Source of the DNA: Perkinsus olseni | Taxonomy: Eukaryota | Assembly (NCBI GenBank): GCA_013115125.1 | Contig: JABANN010000051.1 | Coordinates: 1-64,000 of the forward strand | Reading direction: 5' to 3' | DNA length: 64,000 nucleotides | Shown here: positions 10,924 through 22,580 of the stretch, piece by piece | How positions within the stretch are numbered: position 1 is the first letter of the stretch | Layout of the letters: each line of letters starts with the position of its first letter | Made by a program: the position numbers and the translations under genes | Notes under the pieces: model-generated | The model's input: the letters and a program-made list of their open reading frames with translations, nothing else | Told to the model about the DNA's origin: nothing | Databases searched by the model: none

Positions 10924-12813
10924 ATGACGTCCTCATCCAATGCCGACGACGAGCCCGGTCGTGTACTGGCTATCCAGTCTCATGTGGTCCATGGTTATGT
11001 TGGCAACCGAGCCTGTGTGTTCCCGTTGCAGCTACTGGGCTTTGAGGTGGACTTTGTGAACTCGGTACAGGTAGGGAGTATCGAATTTCTGAGGGCTCAA
11101 GTTCATGCGCTGTCACTTTAGTTGTCCAATCATACGGGTTACCGCACTTACAAGGGTCAAGTCCTTGATGGGACGGACCTCAAGTGCCTGGTGGACGGCC
11201 TTGAAGAGAATTCCCTGCTATCGCAGTATACTCATATGATAACAGGGTAATACCGGAACGAGTCTGACCTAAGCTGGAGAGACCTGGGTCCTCGCCGGCG
11301 CCCAAGTGCGAAAAATGTGCGAAAATTTTTCTCGTTAAGAATTTCGTCCGGGACACTTTTGAATAATTTATCGGTGTTAGAGGAGTCATCATGCAAAGTT
11401 CCAGGTCAATGTGTGGCCTAGGTAAGAAATTCTGCTGGTGACACGAAAACCTCTCTTCAAATTGCGCTTATTGTGTCTAGTGATTCTAGCGTTGAGAAAG
11501 AGAGCACGCTGTCACCAGTCTCAGAGATTCAGACTTTTCGATTTGGTCTCGAATTTCCTCGGTGGGCTAAATCGCGGAATCCGGGACGAGAAGGGCGTCA
11601 TTCGTAGTCTTTCATCGGAAGAATTACTTCGCGCTACAATAATCGATTCAGCATGGTTAACTGGTTTGCAGCCGTGTTATTATGACCGTTGCTGTTACAG
11701 GTACATCGGGTCCGCATCTTTCCTCGCAGAGGTGGAAAGTGTGGTCCACAGGGTTCGCGCACTCTGTCGCCATTTACTTTATGTTTGTGACCCAGTTTTG
11801 GGAGACTATGACCAGGGAATGTAAGTTCCTCTGCGGCCATCTCGAAGATCTGTACTCGTTCTTTGCCTTCGCCCTTATTGTGAGGATCTCATCTGTAAGT
11901 TTAGATGTTTTTGGCGTAGGTATGTCCCGGAAAGTCTCATCCCAGAGTACCGCGCCCGCATCCTTCCACTGGCGTCAGTGATAACGCCCAACCAGTTTGA
12001 GGTTGAGAAGCTCACGGGCAGGTCTGCCATCAAGGGTGAGAAGGTGTCGAGGCTGAGTAGGATTGGGTGGATGTGTGGTATCTAATAGATGACACGGAGC
12101 TCTTCACCGCTGTTGATGAGCTTCACCGGATGGGCCCTGGTCTCATTTTCGTGACCAGCACCAATCTACCGCAGCAGGTGGGTTCGGATAGAGGATCTTG
12201 AGTTCTCGAGGAGCACCTCTCTTGGGAGTGTTGGTGGATCTTCTGCCGTCGTCATGAGCCAGGATTTCGTCTGCTGTTTATGTTCAGTCGGCGGACAAGG
12301 TGGTTATGCTAGCATCGGAGGTTGACAAGGAGAGTGGGCGAAGGACTAGGTACCGGATGGAGGTGCCTTTCATTGAGGGCAACTACACCGGCACAGGAGA
12401 TCTCACCACTGCATTGCTGATGGCGTAAGATCGTCATGGTGCCCGACTCGAAGCCGCGCTATGATACTCGCTTTGCAGATTTTACACCCAGTTTGGGGTT
12501 AAGGCGGCGATGAGCAGGACAGGGAGTGTGCTACAGAGTGTCATCAACCGGACTAGGGAATACCATGACACCAAGTGAGCGTAGTCTGTACAGGGCCTTC
12601 AAGGGGGGTGTGAGACTGTCTTAATCCGTGACCCTTCACTATAATGGCCGAAGACCTCAGAGCGGCAAGTGTTCTTCCGCGTATGGTATTCGGTTCTTGC
12701 TTGTCAGCGTTGGTATCTCGGGCAACCCTACAGAGCTGCGACTGCTACAGTCCAAGCGGGACATCGAGGATCCGAAGACGCAGTATGACGTTACCACCTG
12801 GGTCGAGGAATAA
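10924..12813 (+). CDS. PDXK: Pyridoxal kinase
   Basis: [56 protein letters not shown]. Confidence 0.95.
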
Positions 12814-13076
12814 TGAAAATGACAGAGAAAGTGCTCCTCCTCACTTATCGTGTTGTCCTCCTTATCCTCATTCTTTTGCCTTTACGCCTCTGTTCACCAC
12901 TGTCCACTAGCATCTGCTCGGAAGTCTTGTGTTCGAGTCATCAAATACGGTGGGCTGTTGTTAGAGCTCGCTTGTCATGGACAATCGTCCAGGAGGTCCT
13001 TCCAAGAACGACTCGCGGCGGACCAGTCGCCATCGCAGTCGGCGAGAGGCAGAGACTGGCCCTTATAGTTTTTACG

Positions 13077-16000
13077 ATGAGTAGCGTTTTCCCTGCTCAG
13101 AAAATTTCCTACACGTTTCTGCGTTAGATATAGCGGTAGTCGCAGCAGCAGTGGCCAGCGACAGCGGCGGCATTCGAGGTCCGAAAGGAGCCGAAGCCGA
13201 GAGCCTCGGAGTTGGTATGATGCCCGGGATGAAGATCTTTGCAAGAGGTGCTCTGTGGCCATCTCATTGGGCGTCTGGTGCGGATTCGCCTCTGTAGGTC
13301 TCGGTCAAGAGAACGTCCGGTAGCGAAGTTGACCAAAAGGCCAGATGCTGCGACCAGGAGGACGGAGAGCCGGTAGGACCTGGCCAGCCTCGGGGCGTGG
13401 GGTACTTGTGGACGCAGGGACGGTGGCGATCGTGAGGGGCCCCGGCCCATACTGCGGCCGGCTAAGAGGGAACGGAGGAGGTCAGATGACGGGTAAGAGA
13501 GGGGAGTTATCCGCTTTATGATACGAACTACACGAGAGGTAGATAATGGATTCCTGTGCGCCTGCTGATAGTCTTGGAACTCTTGTGCCTCTGTCTCTGC
13601 ATCCTCTTGGTAATGGTGATGACGTGAGGGGTTGAAACTTGTGGGCTCTGCTGAGGGAGTGCTGGCCCGGCTACCAAGAAAAGGCCCCTGTCACAACTCT
13701 GATTCCTACACGTGTCGTGCAGCACGGCTCGAGGAGGGCGACCGAAGCTTCGGAACTTGCTATGAGCGTCTTTTGTCTCACCTCTTCGCTCAATACGCTG
13801 CCACCTGGAATCTCGGAGTTTTCTTGTATACGTCAGCAGCAGCAGCAGCAGGAATGTTACACGCAGCTCGGGCGGGTGGTTTTGGGGCAGGGGTTACACG
13901 ACACGATCGTCATCTACCAGGACTTGATCTCTCTTCAGACGAGACAGTCAGCGCGACAGATCGTCTCCGAGGCAGCAGGTGGTCCTTCGGCCGAAGTTTC
14001 GAGCTGATAAAGATGATACTGACACCAGAGGTCCTAGGAAGTACTAGACACCACTTGTGGCGTCTCTCATCCGTTCCAGTAGGCGCTACGCCCCTGAGGA
14101 TTTCTCGCCAGCAGCAGCAGCAGCAGCAGCAGGCCCTCCCCGGTCCAGGCCATGGGAGCATGAGGCTAGATATCGTGACACAAGATATGCCCATCAAGAT
14201 CAGCAGCAGCAGCCGCAGCAGTACATCATACTGAAGAACGTGCCGCCAGGTCGCTACTAGCGACTCGCTAGTGGCCACCTTTTACCCTATGGCTGGCGAC
14301 CCAGCGAAACTGCCATATGGTCGAGGCGTCGACAATCCCCGAGCGATCGCCTATTGTCATTTAGGCACAAACGAGGCCTCTATTAGATCGCGCTTCCGCT
14401 CCCTTGGACAACGGCCGGTAGGAAACGGTTTTCCAAGTAATGTGGGCGACGTGAAGTTTTGGCAGATCAGTGTTGATCACCTCCCTGGCAAGGGTGTGTC
14501 TTTTGTGTACTTCCGTGACGAGAGGCAGTGCGAGAGTGCCTTGGCGGCGTTCCAGTCCAGCGGTAGCAAGATGAGGGAGAACGACGATGTGCAGGTGCCG
14601 GCGGACGGGGGACAGGGAATTTGTGTGAAGCCTGGGTCAACTTTAGATATCTGCTATGCTCGTACCGACTGCGCAGAACCCACCCCGGGCGCGAGAGCTG
14701 GCCTGTCAGATCGAGAGGTGGGCTGGTGTTATGTCCGGATTCGGGTTGAGGCGATTTGGCAGATCCCAGCGTGACAGTGTGCTTCGAGCAGCCGTCGAAG
14801 AGCATGACTACGAGGAGACCCGGCGGCGAACTCGGAATCTCGCGATGGGGGTGAACGGGCGCGCTGTTGCCTGACCGGTGTTGTGATTGCTGGTGTTAGG
14901 GTATCAACTCGGACATGTGGCACTCCTACCTAGGGGACAGCGGCGAGGTTGCTGAGCGAACGGAGGAGGGATGGGAGGGGGGTTCCAAGCCACGAGAAGG
15001 TCGGCGGACGGTAGTCGCAAAGTGATCAACAGGCTGCGGCAGGTGACACTTTGCCCTTTTGCAAATGCATGGTTTATGATGATGTTGCGGAGCACTACTA
15101 CGACGAAGAGAAGAACTGGGCGTACAACCCAAGGACAGGCTTTTGGTGAGAAGGGGGAGGCGGCGGTTGCAGAGTCTTTCTCGCTGGTACCATCCGTGCC
15201 CTAGGTACCATCGCGATGGTATTTATTATACCTACTACGAGCCCCTTGGTGTACTAGTCGGGTACGCTGAGGATTCTCCCGTAAGAGCACTACCTGGCGG
15301 AGCCGAGCTGACGGACGAGCAACAGGCTAGGGTTAGAAGGGAGGTATCTTGCAGTGCGCGGTTGCTCCCACGCAGTCATGCATGCTGGCAGATGAATCGG
15401 ATGGCGGCCAAGGTGCCCTCGCAAGGAGCGCCATCACTTTCGGTGCCTAGCGAGCCTCGCGATGGTTCTCAGGAAGGCGACGGCGCGAGTGAGAAGCAGA
15501 GGAGGGAGTCCAGCAAGCGAAGGGTTCGTCGTTTCATGCGAGTTGTACCCACTTATGCCGAACATGTACTCCAGGTACAGTCCGATGGTGCATCGGACGG
15601 ACAACAACCTCAGGGACCGGGCCTTCTGGTAAGTGAGGTACAGCGACTTGATCGACCCGAGAGCAGGGCAGTCGTCTCCTACCCGCTTGGGTTATGCGGT
15701 GTTGGTCAGGTTCGTGGGGGTCAGAAGGGCCAGAGGACGAAAGAGGCGGAGCGAAGCTCTCTGGGGACCTCGAAGTTGGCTTCCATTCACTTCAACCCCA
15801 ACCAGTTCGGCACTATGTCGGTGCCAGCAGCGCAAGAGCAGAACGCCCGAATGGAGCCCCGAGCTATCGCCCTCGATACCGCCCCCGCGCCATTGGCCAG
15901 CGAACCGGTGATCCTCAGCAAGCAGCCTCTTGGCGATTCGAAATTGTTACGCAGGACGGCGAGCTTGGAGGAGGATGGCGGAGCGGTGAGCTGCCCAGGC

Positions 16001-16268
16001 TGCTGCTGTGTCTTGCGTGGCTTGGTTGACGTATCATCGAGCGCTGATGCTAGGCAATTGTTTCGAGTGTCTTATCGGAGTCGTCTTGCTGCACTTCGCG
16101 TCCCCAATTTCGCCGTTTCAGGTTTGCCTTCTGTGCCAGCGACGATTCAACTCCGTCGAGCTCTTCCTGCGGCATGAGAAGCTGTCGAAACTGCACAAGG
16201 CCAACTTAGAGAGAAAGAAGAAGTCGGACGATGACGATACGCCCCCTTGGCGGAGGGCTCGAAAATAA
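13077..16268 (+). CDS. RBM5/RBM10-like RNA-binding splicing factor
   Basis: RS-rich N-terminus, polyQ (CAG runs), RRM-like segments (YIILKNVP; KGVSFVYF), OCRE-like aromatic repeats (DGIYYTYY) and the C2H2 finger CLLCQRRFNSVELFLRHEKLSKLHKANLE. Start uncertain. Confidence 0.72.
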
Positions 16269-16856
16269 GCAATCTTTTGCCCGGTGCTATTAACGTTACT
16301 ATTGTCCCTTCATTCTGAACATATTTCTGTTGAAACGAAAGTTTTGGTATTATTAATCAGCAGTGGACAGAGTTCGCTCGGAGATGAGGTTACGTATCCA
16401 AGGTCGAAGCTAGGTGTTCGCGGAGAAGTTGATTTTGTGAGCCATGTTGCCCATACAACTGCTACTATTCCGCGATACGGGCCAGGACGATTTGGCCTTG
16501 GGCAAAGTACTCGGAGCCTTAGTCAACCTCTTCACAACACTACATGGACGAATGCACGAGGTGAGGAGCAACTGAAGGCTTCGGACGGGAAAGTCTTTGG
16601 CGTGGGAATATAGTTTGCGGGAGCTGGTCTAGACTGCCGGTAGACTCTCGCGGAAGATTCGCGCCCGCCTCTCTCAGTGTGGGGACCTGTTGAAATCGGT
16701 GTTAGCCGGGCTTAGGGTATCCGACAGGTCCTCCTCCGGTGTCCACGGCTCTACTCGCTCCTGTCTATGCTCTGCTCACTGGCCGTACGGATTCTGAGGA
16801 GTTGCTTAGCGTTGGTGCGTCGGAGGAAAATCTGTAGGACTCCACCTCTCACTATC

Positions 16857-19261
16857 ATGGTCTTGCTGACGCAAGCGTGCAACCAATGTCAACCTCCTTG
16901 CGTTCCTTCCTGTGCTTTAGCGCCTTCGCCTCCGCAGCCAGGATCTAGCGAGCCTACTGATGATGATGATGATACGGCTCGCGGCAGGCCTGAGATGGGC
17001 GGGGAGGGGCTGCGTGGAAGGAGCCGAAACAAAGAAGGCAGCTCGGAGGTGGGGGGGGGGGCAGCGGGCGTGGAAATTGATTTTGCGGGATCCCGTTCTC
17101 TAAGGATTCCGTCTCAGGAGCATCGAGCAGCCCTCCGCTCAGCGATAGGGCATCGGTCCAGCAGCCCCTCTTCTCCAACATCAGTCACCAGTGTTGGGGA
17201 AGGTGACTCCGGTACTGCTACGATTCACGGAACTGTAGACGACACCCCGACCCGTGGGGTGCTGAAGAGGTAGGAAGCCCTGCTATCACGCTATGACCAT
17301 CGCTTCGATCCTAGGCCTCTGAGCTCGCTTGCCTTCGGCGTACGAATGAAACGGTGATGAATTGACTCGCATGCCGTCCCTCCTCAGATGTTCTCATCTC
17401 TCGTTTCGCGATGACAGGAGATGTCACCTCCCCGCACTAGCAACCTCCGAGTTCTGTGAACTGCATCACAGCGACCCTTGCTCTAGTGGGTTCCACTGGC
17501 GACTCGTCGTGGCGCTGCAGAGACGCTCCTGCCAGGTGATAGGCGGCGGTGCCCGGTCTGCGAGGTCCGCCTGCCACCCGACGCTGAAGCCGAGCATCAT
17601 TGTGTAGGCCGGCGCTCTGAGGTGGAATATTGACCAACTTTGCTCAGCGAGGCCCCGACTACGGTGAAGAGCTGGTGGGGAAGGGGTATTACTCACGGGA
17701 CTGTAACAGCGGCCCTATGCTGTGTGTGGCGGACGCGGGAGAGAGATGTAGGTCGCAGTGGGTATCTTATACCCCTCTATCGTGCATGCATTCAACTTGC
17801 GGGATCGTCCGTCGTTGCGAGAGAAGACGTGTTTCCGGATGCGTCTACGTTCGGCGCGGTATATTATTTGCAACCACTTCGAGTTGTCCTCGGGCTAAGC
17901 TTCGGCACGAGAGGTCAGAAGAAACCCCGGTGGCGTTTCTTCTGACCCTACTAACTTAGTAGCTTACTCGTTGCAGGCGAGTTCCGAGATAGTGACTGGC
18001 AGGCGAGAGTCTTACGGCAGAGTCGAAGCTGCAACGAGAGAAACGTGTACGTTTTCGTAACTACTTGCTCTTCGCCACCTTCACTGTCCTCTCCGTGTTG
18101 ACCGTCTACTGGCGTCGTCTCGATGCGCAGGTACCAGCTCGAGGTGAGGTGCCCCGATACTATCTTTTCGCCTCCAGTCAGGCGTCACCGCGCCCGCGTT
18201 GAAGCCGTGGCCTCGAGGGTCGCCGCCATCCTTGCGGCGGCAACTCGTGATGGTGTTACCGACTTGGTAAAGGATAGGCCGGGAGTTGTGACAAAGTTCA
18301 GTTCTGCACAGGTCCTCGTAGAGTATCAGTGTGAAGGTGCTGGCCTCAGCTCCGCTATCGCAGAGCGGATCACAACATCACTCGCGCTCTCCTCAGACTT
18401 AAAAGGTGAGCCAAGCACCCAGGGGCTGCTGTTCACAGTGCCTCGGTCTCCCGAGCTCGTCCTGCTCAGTTACGTTCCTCTTGGTCGCGAATCGCTCGGA
18501 AGGGCTTCCTTCTGGCGAAGTATGCGAAGCGATTGAGAGTCTCCGCTGCGGTTTCACGGTGGCGGGCGTAGTAGTCGATTTGAAAGACTTGTGCTTCAAC
18601 GGTCTCCTTCAAGAGTTTGTGAGAGGCGCGAACAAGCCTTGCATTATTGTTTATTCAATTCATTTGTGTGGAGCCGATGCTGACCTGGCCGTTAGAAGTG
18701 AGCCTCGATGTTTTCCTGCTTCATCCCCTCGGCTCGGTGTGCTCGAGGACCCTCCAAGAGGAAAAGCTGCCGCAGTTGTACGCCTTCTCAGGTTTGTCCC
18801 GGTCGCAGGGCTGCACTGAGGAGCGCTGTGCTTCTCTCGTGACTACCTCTTGCTGCCATGACCTCTGTCAGTGGAGTCACTTCGTGGGCCGAGCTCCCTG
18901 GATACGCCAACTCGGTCTCAGCCACTCAGACTTCCTCGGCTGTGTAGGTCTCAGAAGATTGTTTCTTTTCAATGCTCGCTCCATCACCGCCAAACTCTCT
19001 TAACGTGTTGCCTTCGTTTCTCAGGTTGAGGCATCGGCGTGGGAGACTTCGAAAGACACGCCTGACGAGCGGGCAGCTGTTGGTCGGGCCGCTTCTCGGC
19101 TGATTGATGCTGCTCGAATAATCGCTGTTAAGGAGTCTGATGACTTCTCCTTGTGGACCGACGTGAAGCTACACGAACTCCGCTGCGGTGCGGAAGCAGA
19201 CGGCGACCTCCTTCTCGAGTTCGTCACCGATTTTACCGAAGAGCCCCATGATTGTTCATGA
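16857..19261 (+). CDS. Hypothetical multi-exon membrane protein with a Cys/His cluster
   Basis: Spliceable coding-like exons, a CSH...RRC...FCELHH motif and a hydrophobic segment LLFATFTVLSVLTVYW. No family recognised. Confidence 0.45.
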
Positions 19262-19329
19262 AGAGTATTATTATATTTGCCCTACTATAATTCAACACTA
19301 CTGAGTCCCTCTGTCTGCAGCCAGCCTGA

Positions 19330-19800
19330 TGATGCAGCGAGGAGATAGGGTTTGCACCTCATTGTGTTTGGTTCGTCTTTGAGTCTTCCTACTACTTGCT
19401 CCGATTTCTCTCAGTATATTTTCAGCCCTAATGGTAAGACTCCCCTTCCAGCTCCCTCTAGTGACAGCCTCCCTAGGCGCTAACATGCTCATGTTGTAGG
19501 TTGCTACGCCCTCAGAACATGACCCTCTTGTTGCTGAGGTTTATGACCAAATCAAAGATATGACGGTCAAGGAAGCCATCCTGTTTGTCAAGAAACTCCA
19601 GGTCGGCTCTTAGCATTCGGAGGATTGATTCTCAATACTTTCCTATAGGTTGAGCGCATTCGAGAGGCGCATACGAAGCTTGTGGAGGAGATAGGGCCGA
19701 TGGTCAACGACAAGGTGGAGCGCACGAAGGCCGGCGTACGGGATTAAAGATTTGAATTGTTCGGTCCGAGGCCTTGTTAGGTTGGCAAGAGGTAGATGGC
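19330..19800 (+). CDS. Small helical hypothetical protein
   Basis: Exons VATPSEHDPLVAEVYDQIKDMTVKEAILFVKKLQ and VERIREAHTKLVEEIGPMVNDKVERTKAG, bounded by GT-AG introns. Confidence 0.4.
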
Positions 19801-20174
19801 TGGCGGTTATGAAGCGTTTGTATACAATTCACACGATGCTGCACGATAACAAAAGTTTGGTCATCTGTTACGCTTCAGTTGAGTTGGAGTGAACGTACGC
19901 GAAGCTGAAGTCACTAGGCACGATCCGACCGTTTGAGTATACCAATTGACGTACGAGCTGTTGCGATTATCAACTCGCCATGAGAATCACCAGTAGTCTC
20001 ATTGTAAACGCAATTATATTTGTAGTATTATTCTTCTCAATCGGGGAAAACAAAGTTGTTGCGTTGTTTCTAGTGGGAACGAGGGAGAGAGTATCTCCCT
20101 TCTGCTTCCCGACCATACGAACACAACGCTGTGTACTGAGCCGGAGTGAAACCCCGAGTGTTGATCATGGAACA

Positions 20175-22401
20175 CTAAGTGCGCGAATCTCTGGCTCGTG
20201 CAATTTGTTCATTCAGCGCTTGAATGGTAGCATCCTTAGCTGCGTAAACACCAGTATCCAAAAGGCTCTGCTTCTGAGCCTCTAGCCGCCGTATCCGCTC
20301 TGATTCGTCCCCTGGAGAGGAGCCCTCGCTGTCAGACTCCGACTCGCTGCCTGATTCTTCCCCAACCTGTCGAGAACGACACGACTCCGTTACTCCAGAA
20401 TCACACCCGCACAATATGTATCGAATATTATTGAATAGAATTCATTCCACTGGCTGCGAGTAGGACATGCTGAGTTTATACTCCAGTGAAATGAAACTTC
20501 TGTCCACTATAAACAATGCGACCCTTCGGTGTGGGGCACAGCCAAAAAAAATCAGAATTTCTGTGAACCACTATCGTCAGGCTACCCCAACATTTTGTTT
20601 GTCGAGTTGGTTGCATAATTGTCGAACTGCCGCCCTGAAATGGTCGCGCGACTTGGCCAAGAGGAGCTCCCGATGTGCAGCTTGCTCCAATTGATGCTTG
20701 AGAACTTTCACATCAGCTTGGAGTTGCACCATGTTGGACGACCGGAGTGTAGAGTGGGCCTGTTAGAGGGCGTGGAAGACCAACAGCCGGCTGGACAGGC
20801 TACCTTGTTGGCGCTTTCCTCCGCATCTTTCACCTTCTGCTGGAGTTCCTTGATGCGCTCTTCCGCCTCGCTGGCCCGTTTGTAGGCAATCTTCGTCTTT
20901 TCTGCTTGCAAACGCAATGCATGCTCGTGGTCGGTCACCAGTCGTTTTTGCGCAACTGAGATGTTAATAATGAGTTTTCGGAACCACTCCTCCCCACTAA
21001 CACATGAAGACACCGACAACAGGTCTATCGTGAAACGATCGGCGGTATCGTTCACCGACAGGAGGACCGATTGGTGCGGTAGAGGTTCGTATAGTTCCTC
21101 AGCACGCCAGTATCATGACTATTAAATACTCGTCGCCTCTTGAGCAACAAGCGAACGCTTGGACGGATTGACCGAAAGTCGGTTCGGTTGTACATGCGTG
21201 TTCCTCATCACGGCGCCGCAGAGTCGTGGCCACCCCCTCCTTCTCCTTGGCAATACTATCTTCAGCAGCCAAAACCCGTACCTGAGGATGGGGATGCCCA
21301 TACCTTATCGTTTTACGGCATTCCAGACGGCGTCCGATCCCCGTCGGGGCTCTCACTTCTCGCTGCTCCAACTCGGTAGCCTTCTTCTTCAATCTGGTCT
21401 CCAGCGCGGCCAGCGACTTCATCTTTTCGGCAAACCCGCGCTGTCGTGTAACCTCCTTTGCTGTGTACCTTTCAGAGTGTAAAGGCTTGCCAGGGAGCAA
21501 AGAGGTTCACGCCCACTCAGCGTTCAGGGTTTTCATCCTCGCTGCCTCTTGCTCTCTCAGCCACACTCGGAACTTCGCCTCCTCATTTTTCTTCCACGTC
21601 TCAAGCTCTACGGCGCAGATGTACTCCGGTCGGAGATTGCCCGTCGAATCAGTAGAGAGCGTCGAGTGCTGCTGATGGCGACTGATGTCAGAAGGCTCGA
21701 TCATGGAAAGATCGGTAACTGATCAAGACGAAGCTGCGACCATGAGAACGGTCTGACGACCCCCTCACTGTTGTCCATTGCTGTGGCATAGGGTGCCACA
21801 CGAGGCGCCTTGTCCCCACCCAGGTCCTCCAGATAGAGCAGAGCTTGTATTCTACCGCACTGCCTTGCAGGACCCGTCACTGACTGCTTGCTGGGGCTTG
21901 CAAGGAGCGGTAGGTCCATTGAGAGACAACGACAGCCGCCTTCATCGCTCAGCGGGGCATCAAGTACCTGTACACTACAGTGAATGGCGCCTTCCCAGCT
22001 GCCTGATGGCCCACCTCTTCGAGATGAATGCTAGTCGTTGCAATGACCTCATCACTGCGGAACTTGTCCTTGTGGCAGATCTCGATGCAGATGACCGCTC
22101 CTTGAAGCATGCCCTCTCTCAACCTGTCCACGCTGAGAGCAGGGAGGGTATAGGCTCGGAAGGCGTTGGGCAGATGCGTGTTGGTGTTCCGTCGGCACAT
22201 GACCGCTGGGTGGGTAGTGAAGACGCACAGGCTCGGGTTGAAGAGGCTGGTCAATGGCGGCGGGAGATGGTATCGGGCGAAGGCCATGGCCGCTTGAGTG
22301 GAGAGCGTCAGTGCCTTGAGCTCGATTGAAAGCCTCCAGGTGTGAGGCTCGCTGAGGTCAGGGACCCCAGAGGGTCCGTCTGGCTGTACTGTGTGGGTCA
22401 T
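20175..22401 (-). CDS. CEP120: CEP120-like centriolar protein (C2 domain plus coiled coil)
   Basis: C2 domain (WRLSIELK...FTTHPAV...IEICHKDKFRSDEVIA), LYLEDLG, PEYICAVELETWKKNEEAKF...LNAEW, and C-terminal LLDTGVYAAKDATIQALNEQI, all matching the CEP120 pattern. Confidence 0.8.
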
Positions 22402-22580
22402 TGTCGCTCACGATTGACAACGAGAAACTATCAGAAAGCTCGACTCCAGCCCGATGAGCCGAGAGTCGAGACCCAACCTGCCGCGTATTTGCAACACCAG
22501 GAGCCAGCGTTAGGGAAACACTTCTAATTAACATGAGCGCCCCTAGGGGGCCAAACGCCTTGTCGGTACTAAGCAGCGGG

